A DNA stretch of 30,478 bases from a virus (Duplodnaviria > Caudoviricetes). The first letter of the stretch is position 1, and each line of letters starts with the position of its first letter. The notes under the pieces are model-generated. The model did no database searches and was not told the origin of the DNA. It worked only from the letters and a program-made list of their open reading frames with translations. The position numbers and the translations under genes are program-made. The DNA lies in IMG/VR virus record IMGVR_UViG_3300037420_001183, positions 1-30,478 of that record. One strand, 5' to 3'. Below are positions 14,915 to 23,852 of the stretch, one piece after another.

Positions 14915-15354
14915 TGCCGATTCAGTTGACCGACGACCTGTTCGAACATCTGACGCCTCCCGACACGGTGGACTGGACGCTCACCGGCGTTCGGTACCCC
15001 AAGGACAACCCCGAGCCGATCGTGCTCGAGCTCAAGTGGGCCGGCCAGGAGTCGCCGTTCTTCAAGGAGATGAGGAAGCTGGCGCTCAAGCCGCTGCCGG
15101 ACGCGATGGACAACGCCGAGCGGGCGCTGCGCCAGTTCGCGAAGCTTGCGATCGGCGGCTGGCGTAACGTGCTCGACGGAGGGACGCCGGCACCGTTCGA
15201 CGCGAAGATCTGCGGCGAGTTCCTCGCCCGCACGCTGCGCAAGCGCGGTCCGCAGGGCATCGTCGAGGCCGAGGCAATGATGGGCTACGCGGCGTCGCCG
15301 GGCGTGTTCCGCCGGGCCGCACCGCCGACGGCGGATGACCTGGGAAAAGAGTAG
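14914..15354 (+). CDS. tail assembly chaperone (gpG-equivalent)
   Basis: Between tube and tape measure; IGGWRNV..G...PF motif; ends LGKE on a slippery site. Confidence 0.82.
   Translation: MPIQLTDDLFEHLTPPDTVDWTLTGVRYPKDNPEPIVLELKWAGQESPFFKEMRKLALKPLPDAMDNAERALRQFAKLAIGGWRNVLDGGTPAPFDAKICGEFLARTLRKRGPQGIVEAEAMMGYAASPGVFRRAAPPTADDLGKE
15342..15348 (+). promoter_or_regulatory. -1 programmed frameshift heptamer G GGA AAA
   Basis: XXXYYYZ in the correct phase (CTG GGA AAA GAG TAG); the -1 frame is open to 15734. Confidence 0.85.
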
Positions 15355-15734
15355 CGGCGTGGCTCGCCTGGTCCGAGACGCACGCCGGTGTCTTTCGTCA
15401 GGCCCGGATCGAGAGCGACGGCGACAAGCCGTTGCGCAAGGAGCTGCAGGCGCAGGTCGATCGCGCTCGCGCCGAGGAGCCAGAGCGTGACGCCGCGATG
15501 TCGCTCGTCATCGAGTGCTGGCAGATGCTCGCCAGCGACCGGCCGCGCGAGCTCGTGCCGGTCAATCTCGGCTTCGCGTCGATCCGCGGAGAGATCCCGT
15601 TCTCGTCGATCGATGCCTGGGCGAAGCGCTTGGATCTCAGCGACGAGGAGCTGCTGCTCGTCGCGCAGGTCGTCCGCCAGCTCGATTCCGACAGAACCGA
15701 ACGCGTTCTCAGCCAACTAGCCACGCAGGGGTGA
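15342..15734 (+). CDS. frameshifted chaperone extension (gpT-equivalent)
   Basis: -1 frame reads RVAAWLAWSETHAG...CWQMLASDR...IPFSSIDAWA...VRQLD; same frame as ORF 15432..15734. Confidence 0.8.
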   Translation, partial: GKRVAAWLAWSETHAGVFRQARIESDGDKPLRKELQAQVDRARAEEPERDAAMSLVIECWQMLASDRPRELVPVNLGFASIRGEIPFSSIDAWAKRLDLSDEELLLVAQVVRQLDSDRTERVLSQLATQG

Positions 15735-15738
15735 CGCC

Positions 15739-17964
15739 ATGGACATGGAACTCATCGCGATCAAGGTCGACCCGGGCACCGCGCTGACGACGCTCGACCA
15801 GGCGACGACGAAGCTGCGTGCCGCCGAGACGCAGGGCCAGCAGACGCAGGGCTCGATGGCCGGGCTCACCGAAGCGTTTCGATCGTTCGCGCAGGCGCTC
15901 CAGCAGGGGCAGAGCGCCGAGCAGCGCGCGGCTGCGCTCCATGCCGAGCTGTCGGCGAAGAACAGCGCGCTCGTCGGATCGTTCACCGGGCTCGCGCAGG
16001 CGATCCAACGCGAGCGCGACACGCTCGACCAGATCCACGGTCCGGCGCGCAAGGTCGCTGCCGAGACCGAAACGCTGAACTCGCTCCTCGCGAAGGGCGC
16101 GATCGACGCGGACCAGTACGCGAAGCAGCTCGCCAAGGTGAAGGCCGAGGCGGGCAGCGGACCGAGCGGCGGTGGGGGCGGGGCCGGCGGCGGATTCCTC
16201 AAGGGCATCGCCGGGCAGTTCGGCCTGGGCGGCCTCGGAGGCCTCGGTGCGGCCGCCGGCGCCGTGTTCGCTGCGAAGGAGGTCATCAGCATCTCGGATG
16301 CGTGGACCGAGGCCGAGAACCACGCGCGGAAGTTCGTCGACGCGAACCACGACATTCATCAGGTGATGGCGGACCAGGTCGCGCTGTCGAAGGACCTGCA
16401 TATGTCGCTCGACGCGACGATGGCGGCGTTCGACGACGTCGGAGACGCGACCGAGCGGCTGAACATGAGCTACTCGTCGACGATCACGCTGACGAAGGCG
16501 CTCTCGGAAGCGGCAACACTCGACTACAAGTCGACGGGCCAGCTCACGCAGGAGCTGATGCAGCTGTCGGTCGCGTTCGAGACCGGCGGCCGCGTCGCCG
16601 GTCCGTTGCGGCAGCTGTTTCGCGATTCGCCCGCGCTCGCGCACCTCATGATGGACAACCTCCACATGACGGAGCAGCAGATCGTCCAGTTCGCCGCGAA
16701 GGGCGAGCTGTCGTTCAAGGACGTCGCGCGCGCGCTCGCGCTCCCCGGTCCGGCGCTCGACAAGATGACTGCCGACTTCAACGCGCGCACGGTCACGGCC
16801 CAGCAGCGCTGGGAAGAGTTCAAGCAGGACCTCGAGGCGCCGATCGATCTGACGCAGGCGTTCCGCAACTTCTCGCCCGTCGACAAGGCGGCGCAGGACA
16901 TCCAGCACCTCGCCGATTCGATGCGCGACGGGACGGGCGTGTGGCGGGACGCGGCATCAGCGGTCGACCAGTACAACCGCAACCTGAAAGAGGTGATCGA
17001 GACCGCCCGGAGGGACATCTGGGACGAGCAGATCGACCTCGTCGGCGAGCTCCAGAAGGGCTACGGGATCCTGACGACCGCCGTCGGCAAGTACACCGAC
17101 TACACGATCGCGGCGCGCAAGGCAGCGCATGACCAGGCCGTCGAGATGGCGAAGCTCCGTCTGGAGTACGCGAACGAGGCGCAGATCCTAGCGCTCCAGC
17201 GCGATCTGAACCCCGAATTCAACGGGCTCAAGAGCATCGAGAACGCGACGGCGAAGGGCGAGCAGGCAGCCAAGGACCTACAGAAGTTCGCCGAGGAGTC
17301 GTTCAAGGCGCAGGACGAGGCCGCCAAGAAGCACGCCGCCGAGCTCGCTAAGATCCCCGAGCAGTACGCGGAGTGGGAGGCGAAGGGCCGCGACGTGATC
17401 AGCGGGCTCGATTCGGGCTGGAAGCAGATCGTTCTCGATGCCACCGACAGCGGCAAGCACATCCGCGACGCGATGACCGGCGCGTTCCAGGATATCCAGC
17501 AGTCGCTCGAGGACATGGTCCTCAAGGGCAAGCTCGACCTGTCATCGCTCGGCTCCGAGCTCGAACAGCTCGCGGTCCGCTTCGCCGTGCAGCAGGCCAC
17601 CGGCGGCCTGCTCGGGTTGATCGGCGGCGGCATGACCGGCTTCGACTACATGACGCCCGGCTCGGGCGGTCGCTACGCCTTCCCCGGCTTCGCGACGGGC
17701 GGCGACATGCTGGTCGGCGGTTCCGGCGGGCCGGACACGAAGACCGCGATCTTCCGGGTGACGCCGGGCGAGACGATCAGCGTGCGGACGCCGCAGCAGC
17801 TCGAGGCCGCGCGCAAGGGTGGCTCCTCATCAGGCCCCGGCCACACGATCGTGAACCTGAACTATGACCCGCACGCGATCCGATCGGGCAAGGACATCGA
17901 GACCGGCGTGATGAACGTGATCCGCAGGAATCCCGCAGCGATTCGCGCCCTCCTCGGCGGCTGA
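15739..17964 (+). CDS. tail tape measure protein
   Basis: 741 aa, helical and Ala-rich, follows the chaperones; C-terminal FATGG...GSGGPD...VTPGETISV. Confidence 0.92.
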   Translation: MDMELIAIKVDPGTALTTLDQATTKLRAAETQGQQTQGSMAGLTEAFRSFAQALQQGQSAEQRAAALHAELSAKNSALVGSFTGLAQAIQRERDTLDQIHGPARKVAAETETLNSLLAKGAIDADQYAKQLAKVKAEAGSGPSGGGGGAGGGFLKGIAGQFGLGGLGGLGAAAGAVFAAKEVISISDAWTEAENHARKFVDANHDIHQVMADQVALSKDLHMSLDATMAAFDDVGDATERLNMSYSSTITLTKALSEAATLDYKSTGQLTQELMQLSVAFETGGRVAGPLRQLFRDSPALAHLMMDNLHMTEQQIVQFAAKGELSFKDVARALALPGPALDKMTADFNARTVTAQQRWEEFKQDLEAPIDLTQAFRNFSPVDKAAQDIQHLADSMRDGTGVWRDAASAVDQYNRNLKEVIETARRDIWDEQIDLVGELQKGYGILTTAVGKYTDYTIAARKAAHDQAVEMAKLRLEYANEAQILALQRDLNPEFNGLKSIENATAKGEQAAKDLQKFAEESFKAQDEAAKKHAAELAKIPEQYAEWEAKGRDVISGLDSGWKQIVLDATDSGKHIRDAMTGAFQDIQQSLEDMVLKGKLDLSSLGSELEQLAVRFAVQQATGGLLGLIGGGMTGFDYMTPGSGGRYAFPGFATGGDMLVGGSGGPDTKTAIFRVTPGETISVRTPQQLEAARKGGSSSGPGHTIVNLNYDPHAIRSGKDIETGVMNVIRRNPAAIRALLGG

Positions 17965-18129
17965 TCAGAGGCGAGTGTTCACGATGCGCCGCGATCGCAG
18001 TGGCGCCTGGTCGTCGGGCCACGTCCTAAGCACCTGGTAGGCCTCTCGTAGCTTCGCCCACGTCTCGCGCCGCTTGACATCCTCGACGTCGACCTCGACG
18101 AACAGCGGGCGGAAAACGCCGGGCTCCAC
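17965..18129 (-). CDS. 54-aa antisense microprotein (absent from the ORF track)
   Basis: GTG...TGA gives MEPGVFRPLFVEVDVEDVKRRETWAKLREAYQVLRTWPDDQAPLRSRRIVNTRL; exactly abuts the tape measure stop. Confidence 0.55.
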   Translation of the reverse strand: MEPGVFRPLFVEVDVEDVKRRETWAKLREAYQVLRTWPDDQAPLRSRRIVNTRL

Positions 18130-18144
18130 GTGTAGAGCCTACCA
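18130..18144 (-). promoter_or_regulatory. extended -10 sigma70-like promoter, leaderless
   Basis: Minus strand reads TGgTAGGCT-ctacac-GTG. Confidence 0.5.
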
Positions 18145-18151
18145 CGGCCGA

Positions 18152-18190
18152 AATCGACCCGTCCCCGGCCTCGCCACGACCCTACGGTCA
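18152..18190 (+). promoter_or_regulatory. late-promoter motif copy 7 (leaderless)
   Basis: AATCGACCC 18152-18160; CGACCCT at 18177; ATG at +38. Confidence 0.8.
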
Positions 18191-18528
18191 TGGCCGGAAC
18201 CATCGCCACGCTCATCACGCAGGTCGCGGCCTGCTCCACGCTCCGCGACGGAGGGGTCGCGCAGACCGGATCGCTCGAGGTGCTGCTCGAGGGCATCGCT
18301 CAGGCATGCGACACACCGGCACCGGCAGTCGCGGCGGCGATCCGTGCGAACGCGAAGGACCTCGCGGACGCCGTCACGCGGGGCACGTCCCATGTCGCTG
18401 TCGACCTCACCGATCCGGCGATCCAGCACGTGCAGCGGTTCCTCGCGATGACGCGGGCGAAGCGCGCGGCGCAGATCACAGCTGTCCAGGCCGCGCTCGA
18501 CCAGCTCGTCGCGCAGGGCAACGGATAG
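18190..18528 (+). CDS. hypothetical helical protein, first gene of the tail accessory cluster
   Basis: 112 aa ORF with good codon bias; start fixed by the motif. Confidence 0.7.
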   Translation: MAGTIATLITQVAACSTLRDGGVAQTGSLEVLLEGIAQACDTPAPAVAAAIRANAKDLADAVTRGTSHVAVDLTDPAIQHVQRFLAMTRAKRAAQITAVQAALDQLVAQGNG

Positions 18529-18531
18529 CCG

Positions 18532-19212
18532 ATGACGCTGCCCGCGTTCAAGGCGATCGGCTCCGGCTCGACGGGAAATCCGTCGTGGCCGGCTGGTCAC
18601 GCCGCGGGCGACTTCGCACTCCTTTGCATCGAGCACCAGCTCACGGGCTCCGTCGTCACGACCCCGAGCGGCTGGAGCCTCGTTCGCCGGAACGAGTACC
18701 CGAACGGCACGACCATCCTCAGCGTGTTCTCGCGGTTCGCGACGTCGGGCTCGGAGACCGCGCCGACGATCAGCGGTCCGACGAATCACACGTGGAGCGT
18801 CATCTCGACGTACAGCGGCGTGAACACCGACACGCCGATCCACGGCGCCTGTCCATCCTGGGCCGCAAACAACAGCGCCGGCCTGCCCGGGATCACGACG
18901 TACGTCGACGACTGCCTGATCGCGCAGATCGTCGCGTGGTCCGCGGCGTCCGTCGGTCCGCTCACCAGCGGCGAATCGAACAGCACGCTCGGCAGCCTGA
19001 CCAAGCGGTTCGACGCCGGCACGCTGGCCGGTAACGGCGGCGGCCTCGTCATCTACGACGGCACGCTCGCGACGCACGGCACGTTCGACATCACGAGCTT
19101 CACCTGCGGGACGGCCACCAACTTCGCGTGCCTGACGCTCGCGCTACAGGCGGCTGACAAGAACCTGCCGATCCTGCAGCGCAAGAGTCGCGTAATCAAC
19201 GGAGGCATGTAG
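18532..19212 (+). CDS. putative virion beta-sandwich/adhesin-like protein, paralog 1
   Basis: Thr/Ser/Gly-rich; WPAGHAAGD, TTPSGW, YSGVNT..PI. Confidence 0.7.
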   Translation: MTLPAFKAIGSGSTGNPSWPAGHAAGDFALLCIEHQLTGSVVTTPSGWSLVRRNEYPNGTTILSVFSRFATSGSETAPTISGPTNHTWSVISTYSGVNTDTPIHGACPSWAANNSAGLPGITTYVDDCLIAQIVAWSAASVGPLTSGESNSTLGSLTKRFDAGTLAGNGGGLVIYDGTLATHGTFDITSFTCGTATNFACLTLALQAADKNLPILQRKSRVINGGM

Positions 19213-19445
19213 CCCGTGAGCCTTCCCGTCTTCAAGGCGATGGGCGCCGGCAGTGAGACGGCACCGGCGTGGCCTGCCGGGCACGCGGCCGGTGACTTCG
19301 GCCTGCTCTGCGTCGAGGTCGCGAATGCTGGCACGGACATCGCGACGCCAAGCGGCTGGACGAAGCTCGCCGGCTGCCCGATTCTGCGCGGTGCGAACGC
19401 CCACCTGACGCTGTTCTATCGGTTCGCGACGTCGGGCTCGGAGAC
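18733..19445 (+). repeat. 26-bp exact direct repeat shared by the two paralogs (18733-18758 and 19420-19445)
   Basis: CGGTTCGCGACGTCGGGCTCGGAGAC in both, encoding RFATSGSET. Confidence 0.85.
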
Positions 19446-19890
19446 GGCGCCATCGATCGCCGGTTCGTCGGACCACGCCTGGGGCGTCATCTACACGGCG
19501 ACCGGCGTCAACCAGACGAACCCGATCCACTCGATCACGACGTTGTGGTCGACGGGCAACCGCGTCGACTCGGCCGGCATGACGACGTACCTCGAGGATT
19601 GTCTGATTCTGTCGATCTTCGGGTACCACATCGACAACGCCGGCCCGGTTAGCAGCGGCGAGACGAACGCCTCGCTCTCGTCGCTGACGGAGCGCTACGA
19701 CGCGGGCACGACGACGAACACCGGGGGCGGCATCGTGATCATCGAAGGCGGGCTCGCAACGCCAGGAACGATCGATCCGACGAACGTCACCTTCACGCCG
19801 AGCGGCAACGCGACGAGCGCGGTGGTCGCGCTGCAGGCGGCCGGCCGTTCGTTCGGAATGAAGTCTCGAATCGTCAACACGAGGATGTGA
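19216..19890 (+). CDS. putative virion beta-sandwich/adhesin-like protein, paralog 2
   Basis: Colinear with paralog 1 along its whole length; SD GGAGG. Confidence 0.7.
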   Translation: MSLPVFKAMGAGSETAPAWPAGHAAGDFGLLCVEVANAGTDIATPSGWTKLAGCPILRGANAHLTLFYRFATSGSETAPSIAGSSDHAWGVIYTATGVNQTNPIHSITTLWSTGNRVDSAGMTTYLEDCLILSIFGYHIDNAGPVSSGETNASLSSLTERYDAGTTTNTGGGIVIIEGGLATPGTIDPTNVTFTPSGNATSAVVALQAAGRSFGMKSRIVNTRM

Positions 19891-19893
19891 GCC

Positions 19894-22245
19894 ATGCCTG
19901 GAATTCCAGTCAAGCAATCCACCGCGATCGATGTCGGCGTTTGGGCCGCTGACTCGGCCGACGGCAAGACCGGCAAGACCGGGCTGACGCTCGCCGTAAC
20001 GCTCAAGAAACAGGGCGCACACACGTTGTCGTCGATCTCGCCGACCGTCACCGAGGTCGGCAATGGTCACTACGACATCTCGCTCACGAGCTCGCACACC
20101 GACACGCTCAAGGCGGCGACGCTGCGCGCGACCGCGACGGGCGCGGACCCGATCGACGCGCCGAACCTGATCAACGTCGTCGCCTACGACCCCTACGACA
20201 GCGTGCGCATGGGCGTCACGGCGCTGCCGAACGCGGCGGCCGGTGCGAACACCGGTCTCCCCGTCGTCGGCTCGCAGATCCCGAACGCGAACGCCGGAGC
20301 AATCGGCGGCCTCGCGACCGACGCAATCGCGAGCGGCACCGCGCAGGGCGCCGGAACCGGCAACAACCAGATCCAGCTCGCCGCCGGAGCCTCGGCGACC
20401 GATGCGTTCTACAGCCGCCAGAAGATCACGATCACGGGTGGCACCGGTGCTGGCCAGACGCGATTCATCATCGCGTACACGGGCTCGACGAAGATGGCGA
20501 CCGTCAACCGCAACTGGGCGACGAACCCGGACGCCACCTCGGTGTACGAGATCTCCGGCGAGTCCTTCAGCGTGCTGACCGAGGGTCTCGCGCAGGCAGG
20601 CGCCGCGACGTCGATCACGCTGCAGTCGACCGCGTCGGCAGTCGACGACTTCTACAAGGGGCTCTGGCTCGAGCTCGTCAGCGGGGTCGGCGCTGGGCAG
20701 TGTCGCCTTTGCACGGCGTACAACGGTACGACGAAGGTTGCGACGGTCGCGCGGGCCTGGGCGACGAACCCCGACTCCACGACCGGCTACCAGGCGCACC
20801 TCGGCGCGGGCGTCGATGTGGCGAGCTGGGCGGCGTCGGCGGTCGCGGCGCCGAACGTCGCAGGCTACCCACTCATCGACGTGAAGAAGTGGCTCGGCAC
20901 CGACGCGGCCGCGCCGACGGTCGCCGGGATCCCGAAGGTCGAAGACGCGACGCTGCAGGCGCGCCTGACTACGGCACGCGCGGGCTACCTCGACAACCTG
21001 AACGTGGGCGGCAACGTCGCCTCGAGCACCGAGGTCACCAGCATCCAGAACAACACGCGATGCGTGCGCGTCGTCCCCGAGACGATCGACATCCCGGACA
21101 CCTCGACACGTACGTACCGCATCGAGCTCATGCTCTACGACGAGGTCGGCAATATGGAGGCGCCCGATGCGGCGCCGACCGTCGCGCTCGTCAACCAGGC
21201 GGGTACGGACCGGAGCTCGCGGCTCGACTCGACGACGATGGCGCTGGTCTCGACGGGCCGCTACCGCTGTATCTACACCTCGACGGCGGGCGACACGCAG
21301 GAGCAGCTCGTCTGGGCGTTCTCGGTCGTCGAGGGCGGCGCGACGCGCATCTTCGGCAACACGTCGAACGTCGGCGCGACCGCATCGGGCGGTTCCGGCA
21401 GCGGCACCGGCGACACGACTGGCACGGCGATCTGGGACAAGAACGAGACGCTCGCGCGGAAGCGCCGCGTCGATCTGCTCGTCCGCGCCGACTCGGGTGA
21501 CCTCGCCGATCGCGGGACCGACTTCATGGCGCTCGCGATCGTCTACCTGTCGCTGTCGAACAGCACGGACCTGACGACCGCGCTCGGGACGATGACGAAC
21601 AAGCGCATCCCGATCAACGCGCCCACGGGTACGTTCACGGCCGACTCGACGACGGACCAGCTCGCGAAGACCGCGCACGGCCTCGAGACGGGCGACGGGC
21701 CGCTGTTCGTCAACGTCAGCGGCGGAACGCTGGCGGCTCCACTCGCCGCCGCGACGCCGTACTACGGGATCAAGATCGACGACGACCACGTGAAGCTGGC
21801 GACGTCGCTCGCGAACGCCTACGCCGGTACGGCCATCAACCTGACGACGAATGGCACCGGGACGCAGAGCTTCGTTGCGAACCTGTCGTTCCAGTGCTCA
21901 CGCGGCGTCGACGGCCTGTTCACCTACGAGGCGACGCAGGCCGAGACGAACCGCGACGACAACGAGATCCTGCTCCTGGTCGACGGCACGGGCTACTCCC
22001 TCGCCAACAACGCGGGCGGGCGGGCGTCGATCGTGATGAACCCGAACGACGGGTGGGAGAGCACGCTCGGTGACGGGCTGACCCGCAACGAGGGGTTGCT
22101 CCTCGTCACGCGCGATGCGGTGGCGCCGATCAACAAGAGCGGCAGCGACTACATCGTCCGCGACGTCAACGACACCAAAGACAGCCACCACGGCACGATC
22201 ACGGCAGCCGGGCGCAGCGGGACCGGCGTGGATGACCCGACGTAA
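19894..22245 (+). CDS. large multidomain virion protein (fibre/adhesin-like)
   Basis: 783 aa, Thr/Ala/Gly-rich, two ~70-aa internal repeats, HGLETGD...YYGIKID...KLATS module. Confidence 0.7.
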   Translation: MPGIPVKQSTAIDVGVWAADSADGKTGKTGLTLAVTLKKQGAHTLSSISPTVTEVGNGHYDISLTSSHTDTLKAATLRATATGADPIDAPNLINVVAYDPYDSVRMGVTALPNAAAGANTGLPVVGSQIPNANAGAIGGLATDAIASGTAQGAGTGNNQIQLAAGASATDAFYSRQKITITGGTGAGQTRFIIAYTGSTKMATVNRNWATNPDATSVYEISGESFSVLTEGLAQAGAATSITLQSTASAVDDFYKGLWLELVSGVGAGQCRLCTAYNGTTKVATVARAWATNPDSTTGYQAHLGAGVDVASWAASAVAAPNVAGYPLIDVKKWLGTDAAAPTVAGIPKVEDATLQARLTTARAGYLDNLNVGGNVASSTEVTSIQNNTRCVRVVPETIDIPDTSTRTYRIELMLYDEVGNMEAPDAAPTVALVNQAGTDRSSRLDSTTMALVSTGRYRCIYTSTAGDTQEQLVWAFSVVEGGATRIFGNTSNVGATASGGSGSGTGDTTGTAIWDKNETLARKRRVDLLVRADSGDLADRGTDFMALAIVYLSLSNSTDLTTALGTMTNKRIPINAPTGTFTADSTTDQLAKTAHGLETGDGPLFVNVSGGTLAAPLAAATPYYGIKIDDDHVKLATSLANAYAGTAINLTTNGTGTQSFVANLSFQCSRGVDGLFTYEATQAETNRDDNEILLLVDGTGYSLANNAGGRASIVMNPNDGWESTLGDGLTRNEGLLLVTRDAVAPINKSGSDYIVRDVNDTKDSHHGTITAAGRSGTGVDDPT

Positions 22246-23852
22246 TGGGCTGGCTCGCAGGCAAAGACGCCGGCATCTACGTCGGCTGGCTCGGGCTCGA
22301 CGAGGATTTCACGGTCTTCCCGGGCTACGGTCCGAGCGGCGTCGCGACGTTCGCGCTCGACCTCGAGGACGGCTTCAAGGTCACGCTGAGCTGGCGCACC
22401 GACGTCATTTCGCACGCCGACGGCACCGAGCAGCGGATCTCGACGCTCGACCGGCCGGTGCAGCACTACGACGGCGCGGCGTTGCTCATCGGCTCGACGC
22501 GGCGGCTGGCGCGAGCTCGGCTCGCCCGGTACGCGGCGCAAGGCGCGGAGTTCCTGCTCGCGCTGCCGCATGAAGCGCTGACCCCGATCGCCGACGCGTC
22601 TGGCGCGCAGCTCACGGTGTCATCGCTGACGTACTGCGACTGGAAGGAGGTCGGCCAGCGGGTCGTCGTGCTCTCGGCGGACCGTTCGCAGAGCGTGGAC
22701 GGCGTCATCCAGGCCGTCTCGGGCAACCACGTCACGCTCGACGTCGCGCCCGGCTCGGTCGGCGCCGAGGGCGGCACGTTGATGCCCGCGATGGCGGTCT
22801 TCCTCGAGCCGCAACAGAACTTCAACCGCTACCGCGTCGCCGTCGACGCGTGGAACCTGTCGGCCCGGGCGGCGATCTTCGACTTCGCGCCTGCTGCCGC
22901 AGGCCTCGATCTCGGCACGATCAATCCGGCATGGGCAGGTGCCCGGGTCGTGGCACGCCAAGGCGGACTCGCCGGCAACCTGATCACCGTCGACTGCGAC
23001 ACGTTCACGAGCAATCCCGCCGGCGGTGCGTACGCCGAGACCGTGCCAACGAACGTCGCCATTCACATGAAGGGCGACACCGACACGCTCGGCGACATGG
23101 CCGCGCTGGTCAACGCGCAGTCATCGCTCGTGATGATTGTCGGGACGTACAACGGGGCCGCGTCCATCGGTTCGGGTGACGCGTTCACCCAGGACCTCGC
23201 GGGCGGCGAGGACAGCGGCGCGATGGGCACGGGCGCGACGCTGACGATGTATGCCGGGCATCCCGTCTGGGATCGCGGCGTCGAGAACAGCAGCACCATC
23301 TCCGAGCCGGTCAATGCGATGACCGAGATCCTCGACCTCGGCGGCGTACCGTACGCGATCGGGCAGGCCATCGCGCCCGTGTGGGGCCGCGCCGTCGCGA
23401 TCACGGGCTCCGCGTTCGGCGGCGACTGGGCGTGGCTCAAGCTCATGCTCGCCACGCTGCGGGGCGCGCAGCGCATGTTCTGGCTGCCAAGCTGGCGAGA
23501 CGACCTGACCTGGGTGTCGTCGGGGACGCTCAGCCTCACGGTCCGCACCGACGACGACTCGGATCTCGCCGCCTGGTACCCGTCGCAGCGCGACCGCCTG
23601 CAGATCCGTCAGGACGACGGGACGATCACGTACGTCCAGATCACCGGCACGCCGGTCGACAACGGCGACGGGACGCAGACGCTGACCATCTCGAGCACGC
23701 TGAGCGGTGTCGACGTAGACCTGATCAGCTGGCTCGAGCCGTGCCGCTTCGAGGGGGACGCCTTCGAGGTGACGTTCAAGCCCGGCTCGTTCGAGATGGA
23801 GGCCATGGCGCGGGCGCACGCGGCGGACGAGATCGCGGAGGTGGAATCGTGA
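22245..23852 (+). CDS. distal tail / tail structural protein
   Basis: WRTDVI...GTEQRI, LRGAQRMFWLPSW, ISWLEPCRFEGD; directly upstream of the BR0599 gene. Confidence 0.75.
   Translation: MGWLAGKDAGIYVGWLGLDEDFTVFPGYGPSGVATFALDLEDGFKVTLSWRTDVISHADGTEQRISTLDRPVQHYDGAALLIGSTRRLARARLARYAAQGAEFLLALPHEALTPIADASGAQLTVSSLTYCDWKEVGQRVVVLSADRSQSVDGVIQAVSGNHVTLDVAPGSVGAEGGTLMPAMAVFLEPQQNFNRYRVAVDAWNLSARAAIFDFAPAAAGLDLGTINPAWAGARVVARQGGLAGNLITVDCDTFTSNPAGGAYAETVPTNVAIHMKGDTDTLGDMAALVNAQSSLVMIVGTYNGAASIGSGDAFTQDLAGGEDSGAMGTGATLTMYAGHPVWDRGVENSSTISEPVNAMTEILDLGGVPYAIGQAIAPVWGRAVAITGSAFGGDWAWLKLMLATLRGAQRMFWLPSWRDDLTWVSSGTLSLTVRTDDDSDLAAWYPSQRDRLQIRQDDGTITYVQITGTPVDNGDGTQTLTISSTLSGVDVDLISWLEPCRFEGDAFEVTFKPGSFEMEAMARAHAADEIAEVES

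Noticed and set aside
18532-19890. Paralog pair as a diversity-generating retroelement template/variable repeat
   Set aside because: No reverse transcriptase in the window; differences are not adenine-specific; both copies are full genes.
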